Shown here piece by piece: positions 62,274 to 64,000 of a stretch of 64,000 nucleotides of DNA (position 1 is its first letter; the number at the start of each line of letters is the position of its first letter). This stretch comes from Chiloscyllium plagiosum (Eukaryota). The stretch is from contig NC_057728.1 of NCBI RefSeq assembly GCF_004010195.1, positions 48,179,521-48,243,520 on the forward strand, read 5' to 3'. The notes under the pieces were generated by a model, which saw nothing but the letters and a program-made list of their open reading frames with translations, made no database searches and had not been told where the DNA came from. Both the position numbers and the translations under genes were made by a program.

Positions 62274-64000
62274 AGTCTACTCAGATACGGAATTATATGT
62301 TCTATTATATAATGACACTTTCTATTAATGTATTTATAGAGTTAAGACCATTGTTAGAATGTGGCACAGCCTCAGTTTGAAATTCCAATTCTTCCCGGGG
62401 TTAAAAATTGACATATCCATGGGAAGTATAAGTGGGGAGTGGTGCGGCGGGGCGATGTTGGAAGTTAGTGGGGGTGTCAATAACCAGTTTCACCTGAAGA
62501 AAAAAACATAACGTCCCGGGAACTTCCAGCAACTCTTGGGAGGATTCCCAGACAGCGGCCACTGGGTGGCGTCTACAGCCAGCCTGCGGCACCAACTTAA
62601 ACCAGCGTGTTGTGCAGTCCGCACACTTAACCCAGGCTGAGCAAAGACAGCAATTCCTCAGCCACAGTTAACTCTTCTGTTAAAGGGGCATGAACTCGAC
62701 CATTGAGGAGGCTGGATTAAAACAAAAAGAATAACACATTGCCATGTAATACTGGATTTACTTTATAGGGGAGTGCCCGGAGGTGGTTATTTTCCACACG
62801 AGGGAAAAACAAATTGTCTGCAGAAAGTGGTGGGGAACAGTTTCAGGCACCTTTCGAAAGTTAATCGAAAGGGTCGACATTTTGAAAGTGAAAACAGCTG
62901 ACGACAGGCTGGAATCTAGACTGAAAGATATGTCACTTCACTCCATATCCAATATCTTACTTAGAAGCTTAGTTCATAACTTCGAGCTTAAAGCTGACAA
63001 AAAAAACCGGTGGTATTGTAGCACGGTGGTAGTGTCCCTCCCTCTGGGCCAACCACTCCAGGTTCACGACTCATTTGCGTCAGAGATGTGTCCGAACATT
63101 GTTTTTAAATATGAATGATTAGTTCCTCGCTTAAATATTAACTATGCACACATTAGAATTATGCTTCTACCTCTGCTAATTATCATGGCAAGAGCTGTTT
63201 TTCGAGGAGAGGAGATTATTTCCAAACCCACTGCCCCCCCCCCCCCCCCCCGTTGGCACTCTGCCTCCACAGGGGACCTTTATTTAGGCCGTACAAGTGC
63301 GTACAGATGTGAACGGCGGTGATATTACTGGACAGAGGCCAATCCCTAAATATGCAACAATGGTTTGAAGTTGAGCCGAGCCAGGAGTAGTTGAGCCCCG
63401 CCAGTATTGTTCCTTTGTTCTAACGGATGTTAGAAAAGGTCTGAGTATTTTATTCTCGTTGCCAAATAGATTTGAGTAGATAGGGAATGTACTGTCCAAC
63501 TGAACCTTCGAAACACGCAACCTGAAATCTCGGCCTGTATGCTGCAGTAAACGATTGGATTGGGTTGTTCATACACTCCGAGAAACCTGTTCCTTTTTAT
63601 TTAACATAATGTTTCAGTATAAGACTTTACATATATATTCGTTGCTATCCGATTTAGTAATTTACCAATAATTTGATTAGGGTTTCCACCTACTATATAG
63701 TACATAACATGTGTAGAGAGTTGGCCAATATCTCCCCAGTTTATCTCAGTCATAATCTGGGGTGAACCAGGTTCTAAGATTTGTACCTAACATCCTTGGC
63801 CATTTAATTACCTCACTATTGGCATTAACACATGGGAATTTGCCGACCACACCATCCGCTCAATAGATTTTCTTAAAATAAAGGAAAATAATACCTCTGA
63901 TCCCTAATTGGAGAGCTGGGAAATTAGTTCACCATTTTTAATATTTAGACTTAAAAAGGACCATACCAGAGAAAATAGCCTAAGTAACTAAGAAAAGTTG

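Overview
Vertebrate genomic DNA, AT-rich and repeat-dense. It is most likely a shark or other elasmobranch, judged from HE1/V-SINE-like SINEs, CR1 LINEs with (TCTATGAC)-type tails and abundant Penelope-like elements. Two tandem + strand receptor tyrosine phosphatase genes are present. Bases 1-22315 read as the long last intron of PTPRR, whose final coding exon is 22316-22409. About 2.2 kb downstream, PTPRB (VE-PTP) begins: long-isoform signal-peptide exon (24655-24706), ricin-B lectin exon (25994-26395), Ser/Thr-rich exon (41384-41508), alternative short-isoform signal-peptide exon (61223-61279) and first FN3 exon (61738-62014). All splice phases are mutually compatible. The most unusual structures are: (1) a 153-bp near-perfect inverted repeat bracketing the PTPRB long-isoform promoter motifs and exon 1; (2) a 1,119-bp near-perfect inverted duplication in intron 2 that shares its symmetry axis with a 39-bp stem in a Penelope RT fragment, consistent with a fold-back template switch; (3) many short, often palindromic, TSD-flanked Penelope-derived elements carrying minimal hammerhead ribozyme motifs. 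Gene and repeat-family names come from recall of homologues, not from searches. Repeat boundaries are approximate.
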